DNA from: an uncultured bacterium
Lineage (GTDB): Bacteria > Vulcanimicrobiota > CADAWZ01
NCBI GenBank assembly: GCA_902791745.1
Contig: CADAWZ010000002.1
Span: 1-48,571, forward strand
DNA: 48,571 bases
Direction of reading: 5' to 3'
Part shown: in pieces, positions 1-9,350 of the stretch
How the letters are laid out: each line of letters starts with the position of its first letter
Position numbering within the stretch: the stretch's first letter is position 1
Translations under genes and position numbers: made by a program
The notes under the pieces: generated by a model
The model's input: the letters and a program-made list of their open reading frames with translations, nothing else
What the model was told of the DNA's origin: nothing
The model's database searches: none

Positions 1-472
1 GTCTTAAATTAGTACAACCACTAAAAGCATAATCCCCTATTTCTTCAACACTTTTAGAAATTTTGACACTATCCAAATTTTCACAATTTTCAAAAGCCCC
101 ATTACCTATTTTTTTAAGACTATTTGGAAGAATTACATCTTGCAAAAAAGAATTTCTAAAACAATTTTTACCTATTTCCTTTATATTGCAAATATCTGAA
201 AAAGTTATTTTTACCAAATGTACATTTTCAAAAAGAGAATCAGAAAGACCAACAATCCTATTAGTTACTTTATTAAAAGGTGATTTCCAATATGTATAAG
301 TATCCTCAAGGTCTATTGAAAAAGTTATATATTTATCATCTAAAATCTCTGATATAGATTTTCTGGATTCTAAAAGTTTTTTTAAATTTCCAATTTTTTT
401 TACATTTTTATCTTTGTAAAAATTTACCAATTCGTTTCGGTCTAAAATTACATTTTCTATATCTTTAGCCAT
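1..472 (-). CDS. BspA-type leucine-rich-repeat protein, N-terminal 157 codons (gene continues past the window start)
   Basis: Not in the supplied ORF track because there is no stop in the window. My reverse-complement translation from the ATG at 470-472 stays open to position 2: MAKDIENVILDRNELVNFYKDK...ICNIKEIGKNCFRNSFLQDVILPNSLKKIGNGAFENCENLDSVKISKSVEEIGDYAFSGCTNLR. The IGxxAFxxCxxLxxVxIPxSVxxIG periodicity is the BspA/LRR_5 signature. The start overlaps the upstream stop (ATGGCTAA). Confidence 0.7.
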   Translation of the reverse strand, partial: MAKDIENVILDRNELVNFYKDKNVKKIGNLKKLLESRKSISEILDDKYITFSIDLEDTYTYWKSPFNKVTNRIVGLSDSLFENVHLVKITFSDICNIKEIGKNCFRNSFLQDVILPNSLKKIGNGAFENCENLDSVKISKSVEEIGDYAFSGCTNLR

Positions 473-1445
473 TTTGTTTCCACATCTCCATAACCTTATT
501 TATAGCCAAGACGATATCTTTTATCTTTTGATTTCTTTCTCTTTTTCTGTCTCTCTCAATAAATTCACTTGGTCTGACTTTTTTTGTGTATTCATTCAAC
601 CATTTTGCCTTTTTCTTTCTTCCACCTCCATCAGCCAAACCACCACAAATGATACTTATATTTTTAGAGAACACTCTGACAAATGCCTTTTCGAGACCTA
701 TTGCATCCAAAAGTGACTTGTGTGTTATATCTATTAGAATATCTATATCCTCGTTCAAAATATTTATCATATCCTCTTTATCTTTCAAACGTCGAGCCTC
801 TTCAATATGTCTTTGAAGTTCATATAACTCTTGAGCAGATTGAGCCTGCAACATATCATAAGCCTTATTTTTTCGAGCTATAATATCAACCATCTCTTGT
901 TTTTCAAGTTCAAGTTGTCTTCTTTGATTTTCTATTCTTCTTTTTTCCTCTTCTGCCAATCTTATCTCTTGCTCTTTTTGAAGTCTCTCTTCTTCTCTCT
1001 TATTTCTCTCTACTTCAACCATTTTTTGAGCCGTTTCCATGACCTTTTTGTTTTGGTCAAGGCTCTTCTGTCTTTCCATCTCGATATATTCGGCACTTCT
1101 TCTTCTCTCTTCTTCAAGCTTTTTTTGAGCTTCTTCAGATTTTCTTTGCGATTCTCTCTGGATATCGTTGATTTGATTATGTAATGCCAATTCTCTAAGT
1201 TTATCAGTATTTTTACTTTTTAAATTCTTTGCCCCCCAAGGTCCTTCAAAAATTGAAGCACCAATTGCAACAATTCTGTATATCTTACCAACTGCCAAAC
1301 TAATACCAGTTCCAAGAACATTTCTAAATGTCTCAGGAATATAAAAAGAGTTTATTTGATTTTTCTTTAAATTCTCTCTATAAGAATGTTTATAAGCTAT
1401 TGGCAATGATTCATTATCCAATATCACATTTTCAAAATCTGGCAT
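465..1445 (-). CDS. Hypothetical coiled-coil protein with one N-terminal hydrophobic segment
   Basis: 326-aa ORF with RBS GAGAGGA upstream of the ATG. It has a hydrophobic stretch (VLGTGISLAVGKIYRIVAIGASIF) followed by about 170 aa of E/K/R/Q heptad-like sequence. No family recognised. Confidence 0.7.
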   Translation of the reverse strand: MPDFENVILDNESLPIAYKHSYRENLKKNQINSFYIPETFRNVLGTGISLAVGKIYRIVAIGASIFEGPWGAKNLKSKNTDKLRELALHNQINDIQRESQRKSEEAQKKLEEERRRSAEYIEMERQKSLDQNKKVMETAQKMVEVERNKREEERLQKEQEIRLAEEEKRRIENQRRQLELEKQEMVDIIARKNKAYDMLQAQSAQELYELQRHIEEARRLKDKEDMINILNEDIDILIDITHKSLLDAIGLEKAFVRVFSKNISIICGGLADGGGRKKKAKWLNEYTKKVRPSEFIERDRKRERNQKIKDIVLAINKVMEMWKQNG

Positions 1446-1571
1446 TTTATCCTCTCAAATTTTTAAATATTACTATTGCTTTTTGCCCAAAATTTTACCC
1501 AAAATAAAATTTAAAGAATAAATAAAAAATATCCTCTATGAATTTACCCAAAAATCAAAAAAATCCCTAAA

Positions 1572-1588
1572 ATGACAGAATCTGTCAT
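1572..1588. promoter_or_regulatory. Perfect 8+1+8 palindrome ATGACAGA-A-TCTGTCAT in a divergent promoter region (candidate operator)
   Basis: Read directly. It lies in the 240-nt spacer between the divergent genes 465..1445(-) and 1686..6353(+). No cognate regulator identified. Confidence 0.3.
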
Positions 1589-1685
1589 TGCAAAAATTTT
1601 AAAATAATAAAAAAAAAGGGATATTAAAAAGATTAAAGAAAAGAAAAAGAGAGAAAAAAGATATAATTTTAAATGGGGACATTCT

Positions 1686-4600
1686 ATGAGCTTAAATAAT
1701 TCAAATAAAATATTTGAAATAAAAGCATTAAATATTACACCTGATAAATTCGCAGTAAAGACATCTGATGGACCACTAAATCTGCAATGGAATATGATTA
1801 CTAATGCTTATATATTTGATTTAAAAGGATATAGAAGCATATTAAAACCTATATTAATATTAAAATTTAAAACAGATAAAATAGGTGTTGGATTTTTATC
1901 TCTGCCAGCAGAAAAAATTGGAACAATTAAAATGGTTGCCGATGGCAAAATTTTAATGCGTATGAGATTATCAAAAATATCCGTTGACGGTAGTATAGAC
2001 CCTATTTTTATAGATGTAGTAAAAAAAATCTGTTCCAATTTTACTTGGACTTATATAGATGCTCCATTAAAAAATTTTATACAAAATGATTCAACTGATT
2101 TTCCAAATCTAAAAGAAGAAAGCGAAATAATAGAGTATTGTTCAAAAGTTGAAGAAGAACTTGAAGGTGCAAAAGAAGATGTATTCAATGATTCTGTAAA
2201 AGAATTACATACAAGTTCATCTCCAACAACAGAAAGAGAAAAATTCGAAATCGGTTCCGAAATAGACAATCAATATAAAGTAAAAAATATACTCTTTGGT
2301 GGTATGGGTATTGTATATGTAATAGATGATATGTTATCAGAAAAGCCAAAGACCTATGCACTAAAGACATTTAAAGATGAATTTATTTTTGATTCAACGG
2401 TTTGTAATCAATTCATCAAAGAAGCTGAAATTTGGACAAAATTAGGAAAGCATAAAAATATCGTCCAAGCAGAACGATTAATGTTAAGAGAAGGTCAACC
2501 TTACCTTTTTCTTGAGTTTATAGATGGTGAAGAACTCGAAGCTATCATTAAAAGAGAAAGACTTCCTATTTTAACAGCCATTGATTATTCTCTACAACTT
2601 TGTAATGGTATGATATATGCTTGGACATTGATGGGACTGATACACAGAGATTTAAAACCTGCAAACTGTTTTATAAATAAACAAAATGTATTAAAAATAT
2701 CTGATTTCGGTTTGGGAACAGCTTCATTTGCAAAAGAAAGTAATAGTGATGACAATTTAGGAAAAGCTGCAGTTGTAGGAACAGTTCCATATATGGCTCC
2801 AGAATTATTTATGGATAGCTCGCTTGCTTCCACACAAAGTGACATATATGCTTTTGGAATAATACTTTGTGAAATGTTAACTGGAATAAATCCATTTTTT
2901 GATGAAGATCCTTCAGAAATAATTGATCGCCATTTAAATTTAGAACCTTCACTTTTTGACTATGCAAATGACAATGAAGACATAACAGAAGAAATAGATT
3001 GCATATTTAAAAAATGTGTAGCAAAAGAAAGAGAAGAAAGATACAAAGATTTTGAAGAAATATATCAAGATCTCTCTGTTCTATATGAAGAATTATCAGG
3101 TGCAGAATTTAAAAAGACATCAAACGAAACTTTTTCAGAAGAAGACTATATAAAAAGAGGAGTATCTCTGAAACATTTAAAACATTATGCAGAAGCTATC
3201 AAAGTATTTGATGATGCAATTAAAATAAATCCAAGAAGTCCAGCAATTCTCCACAAAGGACAAACCCTTGGATTAATGAAAAATTATGATGAAGCAATAA
3301 AAGTTTTGGATGGCTTTATTGAAATGCACCCAAAATATTGGAGAGTATGGCTATCTAAAGGCGATGTTCTACGCATGGCCAAACGATATGATGAAGCATT
3401 AAAATGCATAGAAAAAGCAGAAAGTTTAACATCGGAACATGAAGATCTCCTTTCAATAAAAGGGCATTTAATGGGTGATTTAGGCAAAATTTCAGAAGCC
3501 ATTGCAATTTGTGAACAATCCCTTAAAATAAATAATCAAAAATATGAAAACTGGAATCTCCTCGGAGATTACTATATGCAACAAAAAAAATATGATTTTG
3601 CAAAAGATGCATATTCAGAGGCAAACGAATTAAACCCTCGTTTTGCAGAAGCTTGGACAGGAAAAGGATACAGTCTATTTTATTTGGGATTTTATAAAGA
3701 AGCAATAAATGCTTTTAAAAAATCAATTTCATTGGAAGCATCTAATATAGATGCAATAATTGGCATGGCACGATCTTATATTCACATAGGAGAAATAAAA
3801 CAAGCAAATAATTGTTATAGTAGAATATTTGAAAAAGGAAAAGTGCCATTAGAAGTAATTCTTGGAAAAGCATATATATTGGCAATAAGTGGAAATACAG
3901 AAGATGCAATAGAATTATTATCAAGATATATATCAAGATTTCCAGATGATTTAAGAATTAAATTAATTCTTTCAGAATTATACATGGAAGTTTCAAATCC
4001 AATTCTTGTAAAAACACTATTTCCAAATATAGACGACGAAAGTAGAATTGAAGCAATATTTTCAATCTCCTCAGATAATGAATTGAAATATTTGGAAAAA
4101 TTAGAACAAGAAATAGAAGATACTAAAAAAGTAGAAATAGACCAACTTTTAAAAGATTTAAATACATTTCTAATATATACATGTGATCTTGAATATGGTT
4201 CAAAAATTCTAAAAAAAATAATAGATCAAGATGAAAAAAATAGGCTCAAAGCTATGACCTATCTGTGTATTTTAGAAAAGTTACTTGGACACAATGAGTA
4301 CGCAGAAAAAATTTATTCAGACATATCATCTAAAAATCATAAAAATCAGCTAATAAACGACATTGGAAAAAGGCTATTTGCTGGCAAAAAAGATACAGGT
4401 CTATTCTACAACATGGAAATAAAAAAATTTGCTAAAACATTAGATGGAATGTTGATAGATGGTATAACTGAATATAAAGAGGGAAATTATCCAAAAGCTT
4501 TTACAATATTCCAATCTTGTGCTGAAAAATACCCTGAAGCTAAATCTTGTATTTTTTTTGCAAGTCAATTACTCGAACTAATGCATGACACCGTAAGAGC

Positions 4601-6353
4601 ATCGAGTTTATCTGAAGAATTTATAAAAGCCTGCCCAGAATCATTTGGTTTTTATAGACACAAAATATTACAAGATAAAAATAAACAAAATATATCAAGA
4701 ATTGAACTGTGGATAAAAAAAATAATCGGCACTATCCCATATTTTCTTGAACCATGGATTTACTATATAAATATATTAATGGAATTTGGACATAAGCAAA
4801 AAGCTCTATTGACAGCATTATTATTCCTTGATAAGTATATAGACAAAGTGCATGAGCACAAAGATTCGCTGGACTTTTTAAATATAAAAGGAGCATTAAA
4901 TTTTATTCTTGGGAGATATGAAGCTGGCAAAACTTACCATGCCTCTGTTCTATCATTAGATCCTTCAAATTACAATGCAATATTAGGAACTGCAGAATGT
5001 AATATGAAACTCGGCAAAAAATCAGAAGCCAAAGAAATGTTAAAGTCTGAAGTGGTAAAAGATAGTCCAATGGCTAAATATATATTGTCAAAAATTTTAA
5101 CTGATGAAAAAGATTATGATGAAGCCATAAAGATAACAGGAACAAATGACAATTTACCAACCCATACAATATCAGATGTGCTTTTGATTGGAAGAGCTGA
5201 AGCATTATATCAAAAAGGGGATTATCCTGAAGCAGAAGTATATATAGATTCGCTAAGGGGGCTTTATGAAAATCTTCCGTATCTAATTCAATATAAATAT
5301 CTGCTATCCAAAGGAATACCAATAAATACATATCTTCCACATAATGCCGAAAAAAGTACAAATTCGCACATTATGAATTTAATAGCAAATGATAAATATA
5401 AAAAAGGCAATCTATTAGATGCAGAAAAAGATTTTCTCAAAATTGCCTCTTATGATATTTTTGATAAAAATTCAAGAATAAAATTAGGTCTTATCTCATA
5501 TAAAAATAAAAATTATAATCAGGCAATAAAATATTTTAAACAAGCTCTGACATTGGATTCAATAAATCCTGTTCTGTGGACATTTTACGGAGCAACTTTC
5601 TGGAGCATGAAAGATAAAGAATCTGCTGAAAAAGCATTTGATAGTGCTATGATAATTCCAAGTGATTCAATTCCAACTTTGGTAAATTACAGCATGTATC
5701 TACTTGAAAAGGGGTGTATTATAGAAGCCCAACAATATGCTGAAAAAGCACTTAGACTTGACAACTCACAACATAATGCTTGGCTTGCAAGAGGTAGAAT
5801 TTGTAGAAAATATGGAAATTTAGAAGATGCATTGACAAGTGCAGAAAGTGCTTTAGCTAAAAATCAAGAAGATATAAGAGGATGGTTATTAAAAGGAGCC
5901 ATTCAACTTGAAATGAATGAAACTCAAGATGCAACTTATACATTTAGAAAAGCAGCAGAAATGGATAAAAATAATCCAATAGTTTGGTATAATTTGGGAG
6001 TTTTATCTTTAAGAGAGAGAAAATACGATTTAGCAAAATCAAATGCAGAACGAGCATTAAACGCCAAAAAAGATTTCTTTGAAGCACTTTATCTCTATTC
6101 AGTTTGTTTAGACCATATGAAAAGACAAGATGAATCAAAAAGATTTTTATATGAAGCAGAAAAATGCAATCTTGAAAAATTTTTAAGATACAAAAAAATA
6201 ACGGAGATAAAAAAGGATATAAAATATCCAATAAAAAGTATTGATACAATAGATGATCCATTTTTCATGGAAGAAAGTAGAACAAATGATTTTCAAAATA
6301 TATTTAGAATGATTGATTTTTCTCCTATTATCTGTAAAGAAAATGTATTATAA
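1686..6353 (+). CDS. Hanks-type Ser/Thr protein kinase with unassigned N-terminal domain and >1000-aa TPR solenoid
   Basis: Kinase motifs: G-loop FGGMGIVYV, YALKTF (VAIK lysine), HRDLKPANCF, DFGLG, PYMAPE. These are followed by dozens of 34-residue TPR-like units (for example YAEAIKVFDDAIKINPRSPAILHKGQTL). The first ~190 aa are unassigned. Confidence 0.9.
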   Translation: MSLNNSNKIFEIKALNITPDKFAVKTSDGPLNLQWNMITNAYIFDLKGYRSILKPILILKFKTDKIGVGFLSLPAEKIGTIKMVADGKILMRMRLSKISVDGSIDPIFIDVVKKICSNFTWTYIDAPLKNFIQNDSTDFPNLKEESEIIEYCSKVEEELEGAKEDVFNDSVKELHTSSSPTTEREKFEIGSEIDNQYKVKNILFGGMGIVYVIDDMLSEKPKTYALKTFKDEFIFDSTVCNQFIKEAEIWTKLGKHKNIVQAERLMLREGQPYLFLEFIDGEELEAIIKRERLPILTAIDYSLQLCNGMIYAWTLMGLIHRDLKPANCFINKQNVLKISDFGLGTASFAKESNSDDNLGKAAVVGTVPYMAPELFMDSSLASTQSDIYAFGIILCEMLTGINPFFDEDPSEIIDRHLNLEPSLFDYANDNEDITEEIDCIFKKCVAKEREERYKDFEEIYQDLSVLYEELSGAEFKKTSNETFSEEDYIKRGVSLKHLKHYAEAIKVFDDAIKINPRSPAILHKGQTLGLMKNYDEAIKVLDGFIEMHPKYWRVWLSKGDVLRMAKRYDEALKCIEKAESLTSEHEDLLSIKGHLMGDLGKISEAIAICEQSLKINNQKYENWNLLGDYYMQQKKYDFAKDAYSEANELNPRFAEAWTGKGYSLFYLGFYKEAINAFKKSISLEASNIDAIIGMARSYIHIGEIKQANNCYSRIFEKGKVPLEVILGKAYILAISGNTEDAIELLSRYISRFPDDLRIKLILSELYMEVSNPILVKTLFPNIDDESRIEAIFSISSDNELKYLEKLEQEIEDTKKVEIDQLLKDLNTFLIYTCDLEYGSKILKKIIDQDEKNRLKAMTYLCILEKLLGHNEYAEKIYSDISSKNHKNQLINDIGKRLFAGKKDTGLFYNMEIKKFAKTLDGMLIDGITEYKEGNYPKAFTIFQSCAEKYPEAKSCIFFASQLLELMHDTVRASSLSEEFIKACPESFGFYRHKILQDKNKQNISRIELWIKKIIGTIPYFLEPWIYYINILMEFGHKQKALLTALLFLDKYIDKVHEHKDSLDFLNIKGALNFILGRYEAGKTYHASVLSLDPSNYNAILGTAECNMKLGKKSEAKEMLKSEVVKDSPMAKYILSKILTDEKDYDEAIKITGTNDNLPTHTISDVLLIGRAEALYQKGDYPEAEVYIDSLRGLYENLPYLIQYKYLLSKGIPINTYLPHNAEKSTNSHIMNLIANDKYKKGNLLDAEKDFLKIASYDIFDKNSRIKLGLISYKNKNYNQAIKYFKQALTLDSINPVLWTFYGATFWSMKDKESAEKAFDSAMIIPSDSIPTLVNYSMYLLEKGCIIEAQQYAEKALRLDNSQHNAWLARGRICRKYGNLEDALTSAESALAKNQEDIRGWLLKGAIQLEMNETQDATYTFRKAAEMDKNNPIVWYNLGVLSLRERKYDLAKSNAERALNAKKDFFEALYLYSVCLDHMKRQDESKRFLYEAEKCNLEKFLRYKKITEIKKDIKYPIKSIDTIDDPFFMEESRTNDFQNIFRMIDFSPIICKENVL

Positions 6354-6370
6354 TGTTAACAAATTTGATA

Positions 6371-6398
6371 TTGAATTTTTGACATAATGTGGTATAAT
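6371..6398 (+). promoter_or_regulatory. Sigma-70-type promoter (TTGAAT-16 nt-TGgTATAAT)
   Basis: -35 at 6371-6376 and extended -10 at 6390-6398, about 40 nt upstream of the strong RBS GGGAGG of the 6440 gene. Confidence 0.45.
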
Positions 6399-6439
6399 AT
6401 CTCTAAATACTAAAGAAAATATACAAGGGAGGCAATATT

Positions 6440-7435
6440 ATGAATATCGGCGCATATGGAGGAATGACCGCTTCTCAATTCAAATCAGCAATGATAAATA
6501 CATCTGGTTTTGCTGCACAAGGAACAGGAACAGCAAAACAATTCAACAATAAAATGGAAGAACAACTTCAGCCAAAGCAAGATGGTGTAAGCCTTTCAGA
6601 AAATGCACTTACACTAAGTCAAGATGCTGAAGAACTTCAAGAAAATCAAAAAGCTGATCAACAAAAAGAACTTCAGAAAAACAACCAAGAAGAACACAAA
6701 GTCGGCGAAGACAATAGCCAAGCAACACAAATGTTTGGTGAAGATGATAGTTTTGAACAAAAACTCAAAGCTATGAGAATGAAACACAATGCAGGACATG
6801 CTGCAATGGCAAGTGGTTCTAAACCAAAAGAGTCAGAAAAAACTGAAAATCAGAACATGTCTCACATTAACTCTAAAAATGTTTTCAAATCAGCTGGCAA
6901 ATCTGCTTCTGCAGAAGAGACAAATGGCTCAGGTTCTTATGATTATAAAGAACTTATGGAAGACCTCAATCAAGCCTCACAACTTGGTCTTTTAGAGTCA
7001 GAAGCCAAAAAGCTAAAATCAAAAGCAGATAATAAAGAAGCTCTTAGAAAACTTGCAATGGCAACAAATCAGCAGGTTTATCAAAATGATAAAGCATCTG
7101 GTCTAAACAACGATCAAGTAGTCAACAAGGCAAATGAACAGGTTGAAATTGACAAAATTAGAGCAGAACAAATTGAAAAAATAATGAATCGTACACCAGA
7201 AGAAATACTCTCAGATGTACCTGTCAATTTCCAAGCAACTGCAAAAATTATGTTAGCAGGTCAAGTAAACGAAGTTGGACAGCCAAAACCAAGTCTTACA
7301 GAGTTCAAGACAGAACCAAAAACTGAATCACAAATGATGGAACTTCTTCCAGCACCAGGAGCTGGTGAAATAGAAGTTGCAGAAATAAATACACCAGCAA
7401 TGCAACTTGAATTTCCAGAAGAAATACCTGCATAA
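6440..7435 (+). CDS. Hypothetical acidic, Q/E/K/N-rich, probably disordered protein
   Basis: 331-aa ORF with RBS GGGAGG, its own promoter and its own strong terminator (monocistronic). No signal peptide, no recognisable domain. Confidence 0.7.
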   Translation: MNIGAYGGMTASQFKSAMINTSGFAAQGTGTAKQFNNKMEEQLQPKQDGVSLSENALTLSQDAEELQENQKADQQKELQKNNQEEHKVGEDNSQATQMFGEDDSFEQKLKAMRMKHNAGHAAMASGSKPKESEKTENQNMSHINSKNVFKSAGKSASAEETNGSGSYDYKELMEDLNQASQLGLLESEAKKLKSKADNKEALRKLAMATNQQVYQNDKASGLNNDQVVNKANEQVEIDKIRAEQIEKIMNRTPEEILSDVPVNFQATAKIMLAGQVNEVGQPKPSLTEFKTEPKTESQMMELLPAPGAGEIEVAEINTPAMQLEFPEEIPA

Positions 7436-7447
7436 TTTATTATTTTT

Positions 7448-7506
7448 CTAAAACTAAAAAGAGCAATCTAATAATTTAATTATTAGATTGCTCTTTTTAG
7501 TTTTAG
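7448..7506. terminator. Bidirectional intrinsic terminator, 27-bp perfect stem
   Basis: CTAAAACTAAAAAGAGCAATCTAATAA / loop TTTAA / TTATTAGATTGCTCTTTTTAGTTTTAG, between convergent genes. Confidence 0.8.
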
Positions 7507-8262
7507 CTATATATCCAATATTTTCTGATGTTCTACCAAATTTTGGATATTTTTCTTCTTTTTCTTACTTTTAGTTTTATAATAAATTTCAAATTCTTTA
7601 TAATTTCCAAAAACTTCTAAAATCTGTTTTTTCATATATTCATAACATTTAAAAGTTATAATACAATCTTCTAAAGCTCTATGAGCATGTGAATAATCAA
7701 TATTATATAATTCTGCCAAATCTTTTAATTTATGATGTTCCATATTTGGCAACAATTTTACAGATATTTTTAAGGTATCTGAATAAGAATTCAAAATAGG
7801 TTTTTGAAAATATTTTAAACTCGCCTCAGATAAAAATTTCAAATCAAATGGCACATTATGCCCTATTATAAAATCATCACCAATAAAATTTACAAAATCA
7901 GACAAAACTTCAATTTCAGAACGAGCATTTTCAAGCATTTTATTTTTTATTCCAGTCAAATCTCTAACAAAATCACTTACAAATTGAATCTTTTCGCCAT
8001 TTACAAAACAAAAATCATCATCAAATTCAGTTGGACATAAAAAATAATTTTGAGGACGCACTAACTCAGAAAATTTATCTATTATAATACCATTTGATAC
8101 TTTTACAGCTCCAATTTCAAGAATTTCACTCTGACGAAAATTAACTCCTGTTGTTTCTATATCAATAACAGTATAATCTTTTTCAAAATCCAAGATACTA
8201 TTCCCTATTGAAGATTTTTTTTTATTTTCTTCTATTTTTTCTTTTTTACTCGACTTAGCCAT
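7507..8262 (-). CDS. DEDDh 3'-5' exonuclease (DnaQ / Pol III epsilon-like) with lysine-rich termini
   Basis: ExoI VIDIETTG, ExoII GHNVPFDLKFL, ExoIII HRALEDCIIT. Confidence 0.85.
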   Translation of the reverse strand: MAKSSKKEKIEENKKKSSIGNSILDFEKDYTVIDIETTGVNFRQSEILEIGAVKVSNGIIIDKFSELVRPQNYFLCPTEFDDDFCFVNGEKIQFVSDFVRDLTGIKNKMLENARSEIEVLSDFVNFIGDDFIIGHNVPFDLKFLSEASLKYFQKPILNSYSDTLKISVKLLPNMEHHKLKDLAELYNIDYSHAHRALEDCIITFKCYEYMKKQILEVFGNYKEFEIYYKTKSKKKKKNIQNLVEHQKILDI

Positions 8263-8423
8263 TTTTTCTTTTTCTAATATAATCTAACCAATTTTTGGAT
8301 ATAATAAAGCAATTTCTAAAAACTACATAAACATTTTTCTTTTTTTATAAATATTTTCCCTTTTTGAATGATTTTTATAATGATATTTAGAAATAAAAAA
8401 AATCAAAAAAAACGAGGAAAATT

Positions 8424-9059
8424 ATGAAATTATTAAATAAAAAACAAATTCAAGAACTTTTAAAAAAATTAGATAAAATATATCCACAAACAAAATGTGC
8501 ATTAAACTACAACGAACCATGGCAATTATTATTTGCAGTCATACTTTCAGCACAATGTACAGATGTAAGAGTAAATATAATAACCGAAACATTATTTAAA
8601 AAATATCCAAAACTTGAAGATTTCCGTAAAATATCCCAAGAAGAATTAGAGAATGAAATAAAAAGTGCTGGATTCTATAGAAATAAAGCAAAAGCAATAA
8701 AAGGAAGTGCTGAAATAATATTAAAAGATTTTCATGGCGAATTACCAACTACAATGGAAGATTTATTAAGACTTCCTGGGGTTGCAAGAAAAACAGCAAA
8801 TGTAACACTGGGAGAATGTTTTGGCAAGGCAGAAGGAATTGCTGTTGATACACATGTAAAAAGGTTAGCAGGCAGAATTGGACTATCAAAAGAAAAAACT
8901 CCAGAAGCAATAGAAAAAGATTTAATGAAAATAATTCCCAAAAATAAATGGATCGATATATCACATATCTTGATAACTCATGGGAGAAAAATATGTAGTG
9001 CAAGAAAACCAGAATGTGAAAAATGTCAAATATGTGATCTATGTCTAAAAAATCTATAA
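8424..9059 (+). CDS. nth: Endonuclease III (DNA-(apurinic or apyrimidinic site) lyase / glycosylase)
   Basis: HhH-GPD motifs LPGVARKTANV and VDTHVKR, plus the C-terminal Cx6Cx2Cx5C iron-sulfur loop (CSARKPECEKCQICDLC). RBS GAGGA. Confidence 0.95.
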   Translation: MKLLNKKQIQELLKKLDKIYPQTKCALNYNEPWQLLFAVILSAQCTDVRVNIITETLFKKYPKLEDFRKISQEELENEIKSAGFYRNKAKAIKGSAEIILKDFHGELPTTMEDLLRLPGVARKTANVTLGECFGKAEGIAVDTHVKRLAGRIGLSKEKTPEAIEKDLMKIIPKNKWIDISHILITHGRKICSARKPECEKCQICDLCLKNL

Positions 9060-9099
9060 TTTTTTATAAAAAAAAATCGAAATTTTTTTCTAAAAACAC

Positions 9100-9128
9100 T
9101 TGATTAAATAAATTAATTATGATATATT
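9100..9128 (+). promoter_or_regulatory. Sigma-70-type promoter (TTGATT-17 nt-TGaTATATT)
   Basis: Read directly. Lies upstream of the small ORF at 9183. Confidence 0.4.
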
Positions 9129-9182
9129 AAAAAGGTACTCAGAAGATTTTTTTACCCCTGTAAAAAGGGAAGGGAGCGTGTT

Positions 9183-9266
9183 ATGACAAATTCTGATTTT
9201 TATTGGGACATTTTCAATACTACAGGTTCTCTGACAGCATATTTATTATATATATGCCAAAAATAA
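9183..9266 (+). CDS. Small protein, YqzL-like (27 aa)
   Basis: Below the ORF-track cutoff. MTNSDFYWDIFNTTGSLTAYLLYICQK is preceded by GGGAGC 7 nt upstream. It resembles my recollection of the Firmicute YqzL family (FxWxxFxxTGxxxxYLLY). Confidence 0.45.
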   Translation: MTNSDFYWDIFNTTGSLTAYLLYICQK

Positions 9267-9350
9267 TATCTTCGTTTAAAAAATTAAAATTTTGGGTAAG
9301 AGTAAATGGGTTGTCTTATTTTAGGCAACTCTTTTATTTTGCTATAAACA

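Noticed and set aside
63-299. 78-aa plus-strand ORF at the window start
   Set aside because: The opposite strand carries an uninterrupted frame with a clear BspA-LRR periodicity, starting at a coupled ATG (470-472). The plus-strand ORF has no RBS or recognisable features.
474-1184. Four overlapping plus-strand ORFs (66-117 aa), F/L/S-rich
   Set aside because: They are antisense to the E/K/R coiled-coil gene 465..1445, a typical shadow of GAA/AAA/AGA-rich coding sequence.
8215-8223. A9/T9 homopolymer in the N-terminal lysine-rich part of the exonuclease gene as a phase-variation switch
   Set aside because: Runs of 8-10 A/T are frequent throughout this AT-rich window, both in coding lysine tracts and in terminator flanks. 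Nothing singles this one out.
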